NCBI RefSeq assembly: GCF_002113885.1
Contig: NW_018408896.1
Coordinates: 2,935,215 to 2,985,999 of the forward strand
Direction of reading: 5' to 3'
DNA from: Mizuhopecten yessoensis
Lineage: Eukaryota
Length of the DNA stretch: 50,785 bases
Shown: positions 14,201-29,200 of the stretch, piece by piece
How the letters are laid out: the number at the start of each line of letters is the position of its first letter
How positions within the stretch are numbered: the first letter of the stretch is position 1
Notes under the pieces: generated by a model
The model's database searches: none
Told to the model about the DNA's origin: nothing
Seen by the model: the letters and a program-made list of their open reading frames with translations, nothing else
Program-made: the position numbers and the translations under genes

Positions 14201-17200
14201 CTGTCTCTGTTGACAATTGTGGTTCCCAGAGTCGGATGGCTTTGTCCAGGGATGTTGTACACAGGTGGCCATCTTTGTTGGCAGCTACACTGACCACTCG
14301 GTCAGAGTGACCGGTTAGATTGGCCATCTCATTGGCCTGGAAAATATAAAGCCAACCAATAAAAATCCAAAATATATTATGGTAAGAATGAAGTCTGTCT
14401 AAATAGGAAAAGATACACAGGATTATTTCACATAAACAGTTGCATGACACACATAATGAAACTGTTTGATTTATAAATGTTAAACAAAATGGAGAATTAT
14501 AGATATTTAATGGCTGTTTGTCAATGCCATCATATAGACAAATACTTATACATATTTATTTTTTATTCTAATCAAGTCATTTTGGTATGATTATTCTTTT
14601 AAAATCATGAAACTATGTTAATTTTGAGCCACAAAACAGGGGAACTGACAAAAGTCAGGTCTTATGCCCCAAGAGGCCTGTGAGAGCGACTCGTTTTGGA
14701 CAGAACATGTTTATGGTAATATGAAGAGGCTTTGATCAGGCATACCTGTAGAGGTTTCCACAGTACAGCGGTGCCGTCATCACCACATGTGGCTACAATA
14801 ACCTCCTCCAGATTCACTGCAGGTTTGTGAGTTTTTTGGGTCTTTGCTTCCAATTCGTCAGCCTCTACTACAGCACTCCAACTCATTTCATCTGAATAAT
14901 ACAAGACAGGGGAATAAGTCTTCATATTAAAAACAGGGGCCTCTTTGTTTATGCGGAACAACCGGTTTGTTTGTTTTTAAATGTAACATTTTCGGGTATA
15001 AATCCTGGCGGACCTGCGAGTGTTAATGTTAATGTAGGCCTTGTAAGGCTTTGTCAAGGCTCGCCTGAAAGCAGCATCAGATTACTAGGTCCGACCTTAT
15101 TTCATAAACGAACAACTCTGGTCTAACCAGTTCAACCGTTTAGATCACGATAAACGAATGCAGCCCTGGTTAATTCTAATCTGTTTTGAACATTTATGAA
15201 ATGATGCAATAATAACAAACATTATATTTCAGATACTTAAAAATCCATCAATTTGATCGCCAATCATTAACTGACATTCCATTCACATACAGTGATGAAG
15301 GAGTTGCAGAGAATCTGATTACGTGTCGGAGAGAATCTGATTACGTGTCGGAGAGAATCTGATTACGTGTCAGTATTAAAGAATTATTCAAGACAATAAA
15401 GAAACAACAGACCTTGAACATTGACTCTGTCGACTTCAGACACTCTGACGTAGAGGTCACAGGCGTGTGCTGCCCTCTGGTGGGAGTGTAGAGTGGTGAT
15501 CTCGACGCCCTTGTGTGACCACACTTTGACTGATCCGTCATTACAGCTGGACACAATACAGCCGTACTGAAACAAAGAAAACAGAAATAGTACTGGATAA
15601 GGAGCACAGTACAATCAGGAAATGGCAACGACCTTTTAGGCTGGGGTAAACAAAAATAGTACTGGATAAGGAGCACATTACAATCAGGAAATGGCAACGA
15701 TCTTTTAGGCTGGGGTAAACAAAAATAGTACTGGATAAGGAGCACAGTACAATCAGGAAATGGCAACGACCTTTTAGGCTGGGGTAAACAAAAAAGATGC
15801 CTTAATTTTAAGATTGATTGCTGAAAGTTACTTTGATTTCTTTGTTTGAAATTATGGATAGTAAAAGCTAAATATATTTACAAGTTAAGCTGATTAAAAG
15901 TTAAGGATAGTTATAAGTTAAGGTAAGTTATAAGTTAAGGATAGTTATAAGTTAAGGATAGTTATAAGTTAAGGTTGGTTATAAGTTAAGGATAGTTATA
16001 AGTCAAGGTTTGCTACAAGTTAAGGATATTCATAAGTTAACTCATTCAACCCTGAGGACATATTTGATTCAATTGATTTCAATTCATAGGTTGAAATAGT
16101 TATTTATGAAATTTCAAGGTTGAATGAGTTAAGAATAGGTAAAAGGAAGAATAGCTATAAGTTTAGGAAAGATACAAGTTAAGTATAGCTGGAAGAGGAC
16201 CCTTATTTTGTACTTAGTAACATATCTGTCTCTCACCTTGTAGGCTACCGATGATATTGAGGACATGTGACCAGTAATCTTCTGTTTCTCCTCCCCGGTC
16301 TTAACATCCCAGACTTTAAGAGTGAAGTCATTGGAGGCTGTCACCTACAAACATACAGAATAATTAACACCAGGTAGCATAAATAACAGCTGTGGGCTCT
16401 ATAAACAGGTAGCATAAATAACACCTGTGGGCTCCATTAACAGGTAGCATAAATAACACCTGTGGGCTCTATTAACCATTTCACGCACTGAAAACCATAA
16501 TGGACTCATCCAGATCAATGTATGGTAGAGTTTACTAAGTTGTATAGGGCTGAAAGAATTAACAGGTAACATAAATATGGAATGTGTACATAAGTTAGTA
16601 GATTTTACAATAGTGAACATGGTTTTGTTTTGTTGTTGTTTCGTTTTTTTAAAAACTTAAACCATGTATAAAACATCATGTAACTGTGCTCTGAAGACGG
16701 CCTCCTTTTCAATGAAACATGTCAGCACGTAGGATGTAAATCAAACATTACATTTTGTACCGGATTCAGTGGTGTTGTTGCTCATCGTTTCTATTTTCAT
16801 TTGCCATGTATAAAACAATACTGTAAATCCTGACTAACTGTGTGCAGTGTCCATTTACACAAATATACATTAACTCATTGATTATTAAGGTAACATGTCA
16901 CAGGTAGCCCAAAATTAAGCATATATCCTTTATAACTTTAACACCAATCACAGAATTACTGTGTAGTATTTATTCTTTAACGTAAACCACATATATAACG
17001 TATAAGGAAATAAATACTTTGGTGATATTGCTAATTCATAGTTTACTGTACATACCAGAAAATCTCCAAACCAGCTACAGCCGGTCACCCAGTCTTTGTG
17101 GCAGTCATGTAAAACTTGTATTGGGGTAGAGCTGGAGTCCAAGATACTCATCCTCAGCTCCCAAATCTTCACCGACTGAGGATAAAACAGGTGTAGGGAT

Positions 17201-20200
17201 TTATAACCCATTGATGACACTTCAGTTTGCACAGATTGAGACTGGGCTTTGAGGTTCATTTGGAAGTTCTCTTAATAGAGTTGTCTTTAACGTGATTTCT
17301 AAATAGAGGCAGTTCCTTAGGTAGATACCTAGTAATTACCACATCCAAAATATCACAATTCACAGTATAAAATAAAATGAAATGATACTGAAACCAAATA
17401 GTAGCTCTCAGTCTCAGTAAGGCAATTTAAAGTATTCAAACTATACTTTATGTTTTTGCACTCTTACTGAGGTAACTCTACAATGATTTTACAATATTCA
17501 CTTAAACATACATATTAAATGACTGATCAATTAGAAGTAATATATTTGTTAACTCACCATGTCTCGACTTGCTGTTGCCAGTCTTTTCTCATTGGGGCTG
17601 AACACACAGGCAGTCACTGCTCCGGTGTGTCCAAGCAGACCAGCTACCGACTTCAACTCCTTAGAGCTGTTCATTTACAAATATTTCATATCAACATGGA
17701 TTTTATTGCTTCAAAGTTTTGCATCATATAATTTTAAGTTTGTAAGTTTATTATTTGAAAGTCTCTATAGCCTAAAATCTCTTCACAACATAGGTGACCG
17801 TTGTTTGTGTTGAAACAATCTCCGTTTCAAATAGAAAAAAGAAAAAGAAATTAAAATCAATTACCCACGACCCTTAACATTTGACACATATGTCCTATAT
17901 TACCATACCAGGTACTAATGTTTTACACTGATCTATACCGTACCTCTTGCCAGATCTACCCCAGACAGCAGGAAACACACAACATTGACAGTCCTCACTG
18001 CCGGTAGCGATGTAGTTTTTAGCTGCTGACACACACAGCACTGGTTGTGTGTGAGTCGCCATGGAGCTCACCAGTTTACCATCATGTGCATTTACCACCT
18101 GCAAAACAATCAGCAATATTATACATTTTCTGCTCTCAAAACAGCTGTTACTTTAAAATGTTGAAGTCTATGGTAAAACATTAAACACGAGTACTTCCTT
18201 TTGTGTTGTTAAACCATTGTTTTCAATACAAACTTTCATGGTTTGTGGGGTATTGTGGATGAGTTATTCATTGTACAAATGGTTTAACTGCAGTCACAAA
18301 AATCAGGAATGTAAAGACATTGCTATTGCTGAACTTGAAGTGAAGTTTTATGCTAGAGAGTGCATCCACATGCTCATCATAAAACTGTTTATAACACTGT
18401 GTCCTTGTCAATTATCAAATCAAACCGGAAAAACTTCCCACTGGCAGTAATATCTATGAAAGACATTTTGTGCTGAGCATTATTTTGGATCAATATGCTC
18501 GTCCAATAGATGTGTTCTGTCATATTAATGATGGAGATATATATAAAACGGTCTTCCTTTCTCTGGTTGAACATGACTGCGGGTTGAGTATACGCATGAA
18601 AAGCCTGTGCTAAGTTAAATGGATATGACAACTTGGACAAATCCTGTATCAATTTCCCCTCCTTTCTACAGCCTAGGACATCTATACTTATCACAGATAA
18701 TACCTTGTTATATCGAGACTTACCTTGCTTGTATTGTCGTCTGCTCCAGTGAGGAGGTAGGCACCATCAGGGCTATAACACAATCCCCTTACTCTGGACT
18801 TGTGAAGACGACTGCCCCACAGCTCAAATCCTGTAATGTATAATTATAGTCTCCATCATTGTGTGCTCTCAAGCTCTACTACCTTGTTGCATGCAAAGCT
18901 AAATCAGTTTTTTGAAATACATAAAAAAAACCTACAGTTACCATTTATTATAATAAATTAAAGTTATGCATTTCTCTGTATTTTTTCTCAAAATTCTTGT
19001 AAATCAAAGTTGAAATCACAGCAGTTTTGCACACGAAGAATCAACTTTCTCACAAAACATGCCAAATCAAAATCAAACTGGGAGAATGTTTCACATTATC
19101 ATGTTATCTTACCTGAGAGCACATCAAACACCTTTACTGTTCCCGAGTGGTAACCAAGGGCAACAACAGTACAATCAGGGTCAAATCTCACGGCCACAAT
19201 GGGTTCTCCTCCCTCCTCACCAATCTTGAGTGTGGGTAGACCCAAGTGTCCTGACCACACCTATCAACGATTACAATTCTATTTATTAGAATGAGTTAGC
19301 AAGTATAATCTACAAGCTTCATTGAGTTGGATCTCTCCCACATTAGGAAATACAAATAAAGGTGTGATGTTATGTCACACTGTGATACGATCAAAAATAT
19401 CATTGCTTCTTACTGTGTATAAACTGAGAAGTTTCCTTATATACCTAGCATGTGTAGTGTAAATAAAAATAATAGCACTATGTTATTTTAAATACTAGAT
19501 TGACGTTTTATTTCCACAGTTCAGTTAAGTTATTGTGAAAACATATTTGTCTTGTACAATGTATTATCTGTTTGACCTCTGACCAGTATAAAATATTTTT
19601 CTGAAACAAATGTGTTAGAACAAAAGTTGTTACCTTTAATGCATCTTAGCTTTGTATGCTTTGTATGCCCCACCTTCACCTATGACCTACCTTGACCTTG
19701 TGGTCATCACTAACGGTGATGAGTTCCTTCCCAGTGGGCGAGTATATGAGCTTGTTGATTGGGGCTGAGTGTCCCTGGATACTACCAACCTATCAAACAC
19801 AACAAGTACATATTTGTTAATATATAATATGGTAGGTGGTAATTTTGAACATGGAACAAGCTTAATTGTTGCAGTTACTTTAATGTAACTGTACACAGTA
19901 ATATTATCAAACATTAAATTTTCACCCTTAAATCTTCAAAAGTATATTTTTCCTCCCAACTGTGGTTTTATTTATTGTAAAGACCTGTGAATTAAAGATT
20001 GTTTGACCTTCTGAATTTGTTACAAAGAATAAGTTCATAATTATGAGACTTTATGACAATATTGGACCAACTTTCCAACAGGTAACTCTAACACTTGCTG
20101 AAATCTTATGTTATTTGCCTTACATGTATTAGGATTATTGACATACCTGATTGCCACTCTGTGCTGCCCAGATCTTCACGTCACCGTCGAGAGAAGCTGA

Positions 20201-23200
20201 GGCAATGTGGCGTCCTGAAGGCGAGTACGCTACGTCTCTCACTGACGTACTGTGGCCTCGCAGTATCTGTGGATACACAAAATCAATACAACTCCACTGA
20301 ATCAAACCCAAATAACATGAAATGTAGCTCCTATTTCAAACCAATTGTTTCCCTATATACCGGGCAAATTTTAACACATTACCTGGTTAAAATATCGTTT
20401 AACCAAAACCTGCGAAATGTCTTATGTGCCCATAGAAAAATAAACAATCGAATCATGACTGAAACAAGTTATCAGATCTGGAATATAAATATGGTTTTGT
20501 ACAGTTTTACTGTAATGTGTGAAAAAACTATAAAATGCTTTAGGATCTCAAAATCATGTTTAATAGCTAATTAAAACATTAAATAGTAACTATTTTCGCG
20601 GTTCCAACAAGTTTGAGTTAAATGGGTTTTACAGTACACTAGGAAACTTCATCCTCTCACTGTCCCTGCTGTACATCTACTAGCACGATGAAAATGTTTT
20701 TCATATAACTTTAGCTATTGGACGTGGCTATTGATGTAGTTTTCCTAAAGTTTGGGCCCAATACTTACTGCCTTCCGCTTTTTATGGAACACATCCCAGA
20801 CCTTGATGGTGGCATCCCAACTTCCTGTCGCAAGGAGCTGACCTTCAGGGTGGAAGGATACACTGTTCACTGGGCTGTGGATACAAATAATTAATTCATT
20901 TAAGTTAACCAATCAATATCTAACAGTGACTGTTGATTTACTACAGAAAATATACATGAACATAATCCGTGCAAAGAAAGTCAAGTGGCATGGTCTTTTT
21001 CAGTGTTTTAAACCATTATTTTATATATATTTCAATCAGAGTAAATATATACAGTTCCATATAAGGCAACACAACAATTTTGTCTCTGACGATGACAAAG
21101 AAACCTGTAATTTATCAGTCCACATTAACGTTACACCTGTGAGATTCTCACCTGCCCACATTGAGATAGCAGGATATAGATCCCTTGGAAGTATCCCACA
21201 CTTTCACTGTACAGTCCCAGGAGGCAGAGGCCACCAGTTTCCCGGCAGGGTCTGCCGCACACGCTTTCACGCGCCGAGTGTGACCCTTCAGCAGGTGAAC
21301 TCTGGAAAGGACAAGCTCAAATAAATACACAGTGGCACCTTTAGCATGTGTATTGTGATAGGAGTGGAAAAATTAACCTGAAATCTCTGGACTCTAGAAG
21401 AACACCCTGCTTACTTAGCTACCTAGTACATATGTCTAGTGGTGGATCTAGTCTAGTTTCCTTCTACATATGAATCAAAGTAAACACAACATGCAATTTC
21501 ATATACATCAAAATTATAAGTTACAAGAAATAACATGGTCAATTCATATGTATGGTAAAACAACATAAATTAAACTAAACCCTGCAGTCAGTAGTCACTT
21601 ACCTGTGTCCATCCTCAACATGCCAGATGCTGAGGGTGGTATCATACGATGCGCTACAGAGCAGCATCTTACTGATGAAGCACACACCAGAGACAGCGTC
21701 AGAGTGGCCACGGTAAGTACGTACCTCCTGGAACACCATAACCAACAACAATGGTTCAATACAGATTTTATATCACTTGTAACAGGGAAATATGACACGT
21801 GACGGTAAAATATGATGTATATACATGTATTCTAATATTTTCCAACAATCAATGCTCACTAACCCTTATATACAGTATCTGCTCTTTATTTTTAAATCTC
21901 ATACATTTAACAAAAATGGAAACCTTCATCTTAGCAATATCTACCTCATAACAAACAAATATCTTTATAATTAATTTATGAGCTTTTTTAAAGGTTGCAC
22001 ACAAGTAGCCTTTGACACAAAAAGTGAAATCTGCACCTACCAATACAATGGTACAGTCAAAAATTGGTAAATACTCTAGACCTTACAGATGACAAGGATT
22101 AGTTAAAATAATCTTCTTACCTTGCCAGTGCCCATGTTATACAGTCGTACAATGCCGTCAAGGCCTCCACACACGAAGTCCTGGCAGTCCTGGCTGATGG
22201 CAACACACATCACCGGCTGTAACACATTACACAAGATTCAGTTCATGGTTCACTGTCATACAAATATTTTAGAAGAGTTTTTTTTTTAGGGACACATGCA
22301 GTTTAAATTTTCCTGAATAAATGTTTCATCCCAGAAATAACTATTTTACCATCTAACGAATACATTGTATAGCTTTATAAAACCTACCCTTTGGAGTTGG
22401 TATAGTTTTACAGAAGTTACACTTTGGGACATAACCTATGGGAACATTTTAACAATTACCGTGGACTCTTTTCCCCCCAATAATTATAACTGAACAGAAA
22501 GACCCTGTTTAATTTGAAAAGGAGCCCATTTATGATACACACAGCACCACCACTGGGAGATTATCTAGAACCTTACGTGTGGGAGATTGTCCATGGTGAG
22601 GTAACATGGATCCTTGGTCGCAGGCTTGTTGTTCCACTCAATGTACTGTTTGTCTTTAACATCTCTGGACAAATCAACCGCCTGCTGGGCTGGTAGTGAG
22701 TCGGACGGTTCGTTGATAGCCTGTTGCCATGTCAACCCGGGGTAGCTGTGTAAAGAAAAAGGACATCTGTGTTTTACGAACAAGGTAGTTTTATAATGAA
22801 ACACAGGTACATATAAAGTAATCACAATACTACTGAAATAATATTTGCACGTTATTGGTAACGAAACTTTGAACATGTGACGGACAGACATACTGCTTTC
22901 GCCCTTTGCCCATGAAATCAATTTTCGCCCAGTCTTAATTTCACCCTTTACATTTAATTACTATGTTAATTAAGCTGTTTACTTCTGTTCACTCTCATAA
23001 TAAATTTGCTCTCATTACGGAGGGTGAAAAAGGCAAAAATTCAACTGCAGGGAATATTTCCCGGTATATGGTATATGAGACAAATTATTGTGATGAAGCA
23101 CTAAGTGGCCACTTACCTGGTCAGGATGTGCATGTTCCTAGATACAAACATCTTGTACTGCTGGAAATTATCCGACACCACCATCTTGTTCTGGTCTCTG

Positions 23201-26200
23201 TCCATGGCTTTGTTTCCAAATGCTGAACAAAACATTAATAACAGGGTAAAGCTACAACATTTCAACTCATAACACGACCGAATCAGAATTTACAGATCTT
23301 GTTTAGTAAACTGTAAATCCATTATCACACAAACAATCATTCATATATGTGGATTGAAATATAAAGTTATTTCCTTATGTACGGAAAAGTAAGAAATTCT
23401 TATCACAGTAAAACCTGTTTACAATACAAGGACCTAAGTTAGAAAGCAACAACAATCTTTATAGACAGAAAAAAATGAAAAGACATATCACTATTTGAAA
23501 TATCACTTTGAGAAATCTTAAACTGGGATTTATAAGCAGGTGATGGTCTCTGAGGCTGGTCTCACCATTATCCAGGAAAATTCACCATGTAACTTATCAT
23601 ACTTTATAAAAGACAATTTCTAAATCTGACATATTTTTCTGAAACAAATGTGTTAGAACAAAAGTTGTTATCTTTAATGCATCTTAGCTTTGTATGCTAA
23701 ATCTAAAATTTCATTTCATGGTTGTAATCAAAGATTTAGATTTGTAAATTTTTGGTCACATGACTAAGTGTTTTCATGTTACCTTTGACCTGGAAGTCAT
23801 CCATCAGTCTGGGTCCAAGGCCAAGCTGGATTTTCCTGTCGATGAATTTGATGTCACACAGCACAGCCTGCAACTCAGTAAACTCTCCGGCACACGACTG
23901 AAAGAATCATATGTATCTCGTTACAGAAATTATACAGGGAACAGAGGGCAAGGATTTTGTGACAAAAAATGTTTCTTATACAAAAAGACTTCTATAATCG
24001 AACTGGATCTCTTTTTCATAAATGAGTTTGCCTTCAAGTTGTGTTGTTTAATACATATTGAGTGTGATTAACAAATCGATCCAGAATTGTGTTTTTCTTA
24101 ATGACACATCATGTATGACCTACCAGGTGATAGGGTAGTTCACAGTAGGCTCGGGTACTTTTACCATGGAAACTGTGGCTTTTGTCAGGGTCAGCTTGCC
24201 GGTAAAAATAACCTGAAAATAATTAACAATATCAACAAATATGCTGGTAAAAATAACCTGAAATAATTAACAATCTCAACAAATATGCCGGTAAAAATAA
24301 CCTGAAAATAATTAACAATATCAACAAATAAGTCCAGCTGCTGTAGTTTAATATTTATCATTGATAATTAATTTTCGCAAACATTGCATACAAAAGCATT
24401 GTAAATTGTTAATAGTTCTATCCACCATTCTATCAGTACAGTGACAAATTTGCATAGGCCCTGATGTTTTTAGGAAAATATTTTTTTCTAAATTACATTT
24501 TTTTGGAATATAATGGGAAATATTTGTTGTTTTGTGACAAATTGGCATGGGTCATGATGTTTAAAGGAAAACTAGAAAATGTCTGTAAGACATGAATACT
24601 CCGGTCTCCATGTGGAATTCGTTTCAGTGTTTGATGTTCTATAAATAGTTACAACCACTTTGATCATGGGACGGGATATATGCGATGGACATGGGCAACA
24701 CTATATAGGCCCCCCATTTTATGGCGGGGGCATGATAAATGATTGTAAATTACGTTTTAGTGCAAAATAATGGCAAATATTTTTTGTCTGAAGTTTACTT
24801 ACCAGCCAGAAGTTTGTGTAGAGAAAACTCTTGTTCTGCTGCTGACCCTCTGAGGTAACGCTGTCTCACTGCAACCTCTATGTCAGCATGGGCCAGACTC
24901 AGTCGGGTGCTCCTGTAAAATATAGGTAATATGAAAGTAGATCCCAGGTCCATATATACAAGTTTTATAAAGCAAGATATTGCACAAATGATAGACTTAT
25001 GATAGAAGAAATCAATTGTTTGTATATGGTATATTTTACACAAAAAAAAAGTATTTTCAAACTGCACACATGAATGAATGTATGTTCAAAGATAATGATA
25101 AAGAATGCCAAAATCAAGTACCCCTAAACGGTATTAATTGTTTGATACAATTACAATTAAAAATTCTTTATTCCAATTGCCATATATATATATGAATTCC
25201 ATATATATATGAATTCCATATATATATGTATATATAGTGGTTGTAACTATATATATATATATATATATATTCCATATGATACCCTATAGGAAACAAACAT
25301 ATTTGTGATACATACCAGCGGTCCTGTGGGTTCAGGAAAGTCTGCAGTGACCGTTTAACCTGGGAGAAGATGAGGGGAGGTATCAGGTCCTCCTGAGATA
25401 GATGGATATTGATCACTCCCTGGACACTGATCTTTGTGCTCCCCAGCAGTGACTTTAGGCTCAGTAACTCATGTAGCTCCTCAGCATCCAAACCTGATAA
25501 TGTAATCACCTATTAAGTAATATATTGTCATAAAACCCAACACAGTATACATCTTTCCAGCTTGTTTTCTAACAAAATTATTTCTAAGTCATCGTTAGTA
25601 TTTATGCAAAAAAAACAAAAATACTTAGTACTTTGATATGTCTCAAGTGAAATTTCAGATAATGATCATTATAAATTCAAAAAAATAGCTGCTGCTTCTG
25701 TAAGGGTTGATAACACACTGTGCAAAATATCATAGAATCTAGACAGAAGGAAGTGGTGGACTCTCTGAGCCTTCCTGCCTCATAGCTAGTGTAGCTTTGT
25801 AGGCCAGTAGGCAGATATAGGTTGATTTTATAACCTCACTCCAAAATGCAAGGCTCTCATCCTCTCAAATAATATTATACAGCTTCTTTATGTCTCACCT
25901 TCCCTTGCACAGATGAGGAGAGACATTGCCATGACAACAGTTTCCTTGCCAAGGTCGTTCTCAAGGCGGGCGAGCACTTCCTGTAGTAACTGTTGTACAG
26001 TGTGTGGGAGGGACTTCAGCTTGCTGCTCACCTACAACAGAGACACAATGTATTGTAGACAGTGTTAACATTCTCTTCATTCAATTACCACAGTTGTCTT
26101 TTTACTCTACAGAGCCTTGTGAAGATTGAAATTTCTAGACTTCTATAAAAATGATCTTTTCTAATGGAAACTCATTAAAGAACCTATATAGAATTAAAAC

Positions 26201-29200
26201 TTTTCACATTTACTAAGAGACACGGAAATTTGTACAATTATGATATGAATATGCTAGTAGGTGCTGTAGTATCAGCTCACCTGTTCAAACACCCCAAACA
26301 CCCGGAGTTCCTCACAAGCTAGTTTCAGGAACAAAGGCATAGAAGCTTCTTTCTTGGACAGCAACAGCTTCAGCTAAAAACAGAGAGTAACAGCAATGAA
26401 ATATAACTGTAACCAGAAAGGTCGCAAACCTCTGGTGCAATAATTCTTTCTGTTGATTATTTTTTTTGAGTGTGAGAATTTTGTCATCATACAGTGATAA
26501 TTTTGTCTATTGGTTTGATAGTAATCTAGTTTGTCCATTTATAAGTATGTCAACATAGACATACCTGGTTGTTAAAGGGTGCCTCATCAAGAGCCTTCCT
26601 GTGGGTGGCCAGTGTTGTCCTGACAACGTCAGCTTTGTCCCACATGTCCAAACCACCGACGCTGACCTCTTTACCTTTGTGACGTTGTAGAGACTTGTGA
26701 CACTTTCCAGCATCCAGCACAGTCAGCACGAATGTAACATTCTGAAATATAACACATTATGTAATACATCTGGAATCCATTAGGTAAACATGTAACGATA
26801 AATGCTCCATGTTACACCATTCAGCGATGTTGAATACATTTGTAAAGTCTTGTTAATACTGGTATGTGCAGTAAAACTTTGTCCTATCCTGTGCAGCAAA
26901 ACTTTGACATTATAAAGAGGTTTGACAATACATGTATATCAATGGTGACTTTAAAAAACAATGTAGAAGGAAAAGAGGACCCTGAAATAGTTTGGCAGTG
27001 AGATGGAAAGTGAAGTAAGTGGCATTATACATAGGTTTTACTGTATATAAACAAGTGGCATTTTATCAAGGTTTTCACTAATTAAAGAATTAATTCAACA
27101 GACAACAGGTAGCTTGTAAACATGAGTGTATGGGGCAAAGGGCTAAAGATCCTTTGCGGTACTGCATACTAATTGAAATTTTCCCATCATAACTGTTACC
27201 AATTCCTCATTATTGAGACCTGTTCATCGCCTCTGAATGGCTATCATGTTTACTCTACTCTAATTAATTTGATTATTTGTAAACATTGCCAAAGAAGTTA
27301 GATAACCATCCCTCACTCTGGAACCTCTATATACCTTAGGTACAGGCGATGGCAGCCACTCCAGGTTGTCAGGTTGGTAGGCACTTTCCATGATGTCTAT
27401 ACCATCGATAAACACCAGCAGGGGTGAGTCACACATGGTACCAGCCTCCTCCAACATTTCACCAAACACCTGACTCAGGTTCCTGGAACATACATGTACT
27501 ATTTTAATGGATGTGCTTCTTACATTGTCCAAAAAAATATCAAATTCCATTCAAATATTTACAATTTTATTTTAAAGTCAAAACAACAATGTAATTTCCA
27601 TCTAACTTCAAGCTTAGAATAGAGAGTGTGACTGAACTGAAAGTCTGGTCGGTACAGGTTTTCAGCATATTCAGAGTTCACTCTATACAGAATGGTTATG
27701 TACAATGAAACCTCTCTAAACTGACCACCACAGTGTATCCATAGATCTTTGATACCTCATCAGCTAGCAAGACCATTATCAACCTGGTGTTGTTTCAAAA
27801 TATGTCAGTGGAATGACACCAAAGGGACCAGTAATTCTGCATGGATTGTTTTATTTCTAGTTAAGCTGTTAAGAAGAGCTTCTGTTATATGCATCGTTGG
27901 GATTAGTCAGGTTCCACTGTACATTTTAGCTAGAGTCACCATTTCCGTTGTTAGAGTAGGCTTACTTGAAATCCTCAGGGACCTCTTTGACCAGTCCAAA
28001 TCTTCGTTTGACTTCGTGAGCGAGACGGCGGAGGGTAGCCAGGATGTTGGTAGAACCCGGAGCAGCTCCTACTACATGGGTCAGTACGGACAGGGCACTG
28101 TCACACATGTCCGACTCCACGTAACCGTGCACTAGGGATGCCTAGCAACAAAGAAAATGGATTGTTATGTCGCTTGAAACACAAAAAACTATGGTGAATC
28201 ATTACAGTTTAGTATTTAGTGTACCATGTTTTTTCTTACAGTAATTTATTTATTTGCAAAAACTTGAATTTGCAAATGAAAAAGAACTGGTATAAAGTTG
28301 TTTTTTTATTTGTCTGTGTAAATGTTTGTTAGATATCTGAAGTCTTAATTAAAACATCAGGTGTGTTTATATTACTAGACTCGAGCTAAAATATAGAATA
28401 ATTCATAAGAGAATAGTTAATGAAAACTATTGATTTTTGTTTGTAGCATCACAAGTCACTATCTTGCTTGCAATTTGTTTACCAGTATATAATAAAACAG
28501 AAATTTTCTTCAGACAAAATGCTTGTTATGTCAACTTCATATTATATTCAAGGTAAAGAAACCTTAACAACAGATATGTATGAAACGTATATATGACCTC
28601 ATTTCAGAATCCTCTGGGAGTATTCTACTAACATTGTGTAATACATGTTACGAGGAATAGCCCTGGCTGTAAAATTAAATTTGCCTAAGAAATATTTGCA
28701 AATTATCTTTGATATTTTCAACTCAGTTAATGGAATCCCTACAAAAATAATCATATAAATGGTTACCATGACAGCTGATTTCCCACTTCCAGGTTTGCCA
28801 ACCAATCCCATAATTCCAGAGGGCACAAATTGTAACTGTTTGAGGCCTTCTTTGATCATTGTTTTACGCCCCACAAAGTTGTCTTGGTGCCGTTCCAACA
28901 TGGCCTGGTGCTGTTTAGATGTATGTGTATTCTCATCCAACACCTCTGCCTGTAACACACAAAATCAGTTTGCCTTTTTCATTTCTTAACCATTCTCAGA
29001 CCTAAGTCTGTTAAACACACATATTGTCAAACTTTGATTAATATTTTTAAATTAGATGGTAGATGCATGTTTGATAAATCAGTCTGTCATTTAATTTAAG
29101 GTGAAGTAAAAAAAAAATCAGCTCTCTGAGAAGATGTTTAATTTGTTTTCACCATTTTTTATGTCTTTATGTCAAAAACAGACATTTGTTTAAAAGCTTT

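Noticed and set aside
15341-15766. 141-aa minus ORF with a thrice-repeated peptide ([22 protein letters not shown])
   Set aside because: Artefact of the 66-bp tandem repeat at 15571-15792. The genuine exon here is the separate WD40-like frame (15384-15614: ...[30 protein letters not shown]).
20095-20574. 159-aa plus-strand ORF
   Set aside because: Overlaps the antisense strand of a verified WD40 exon (20147-20266) and otherwise lies in AT-rich intron; no domain features; alternative (TTG) start.
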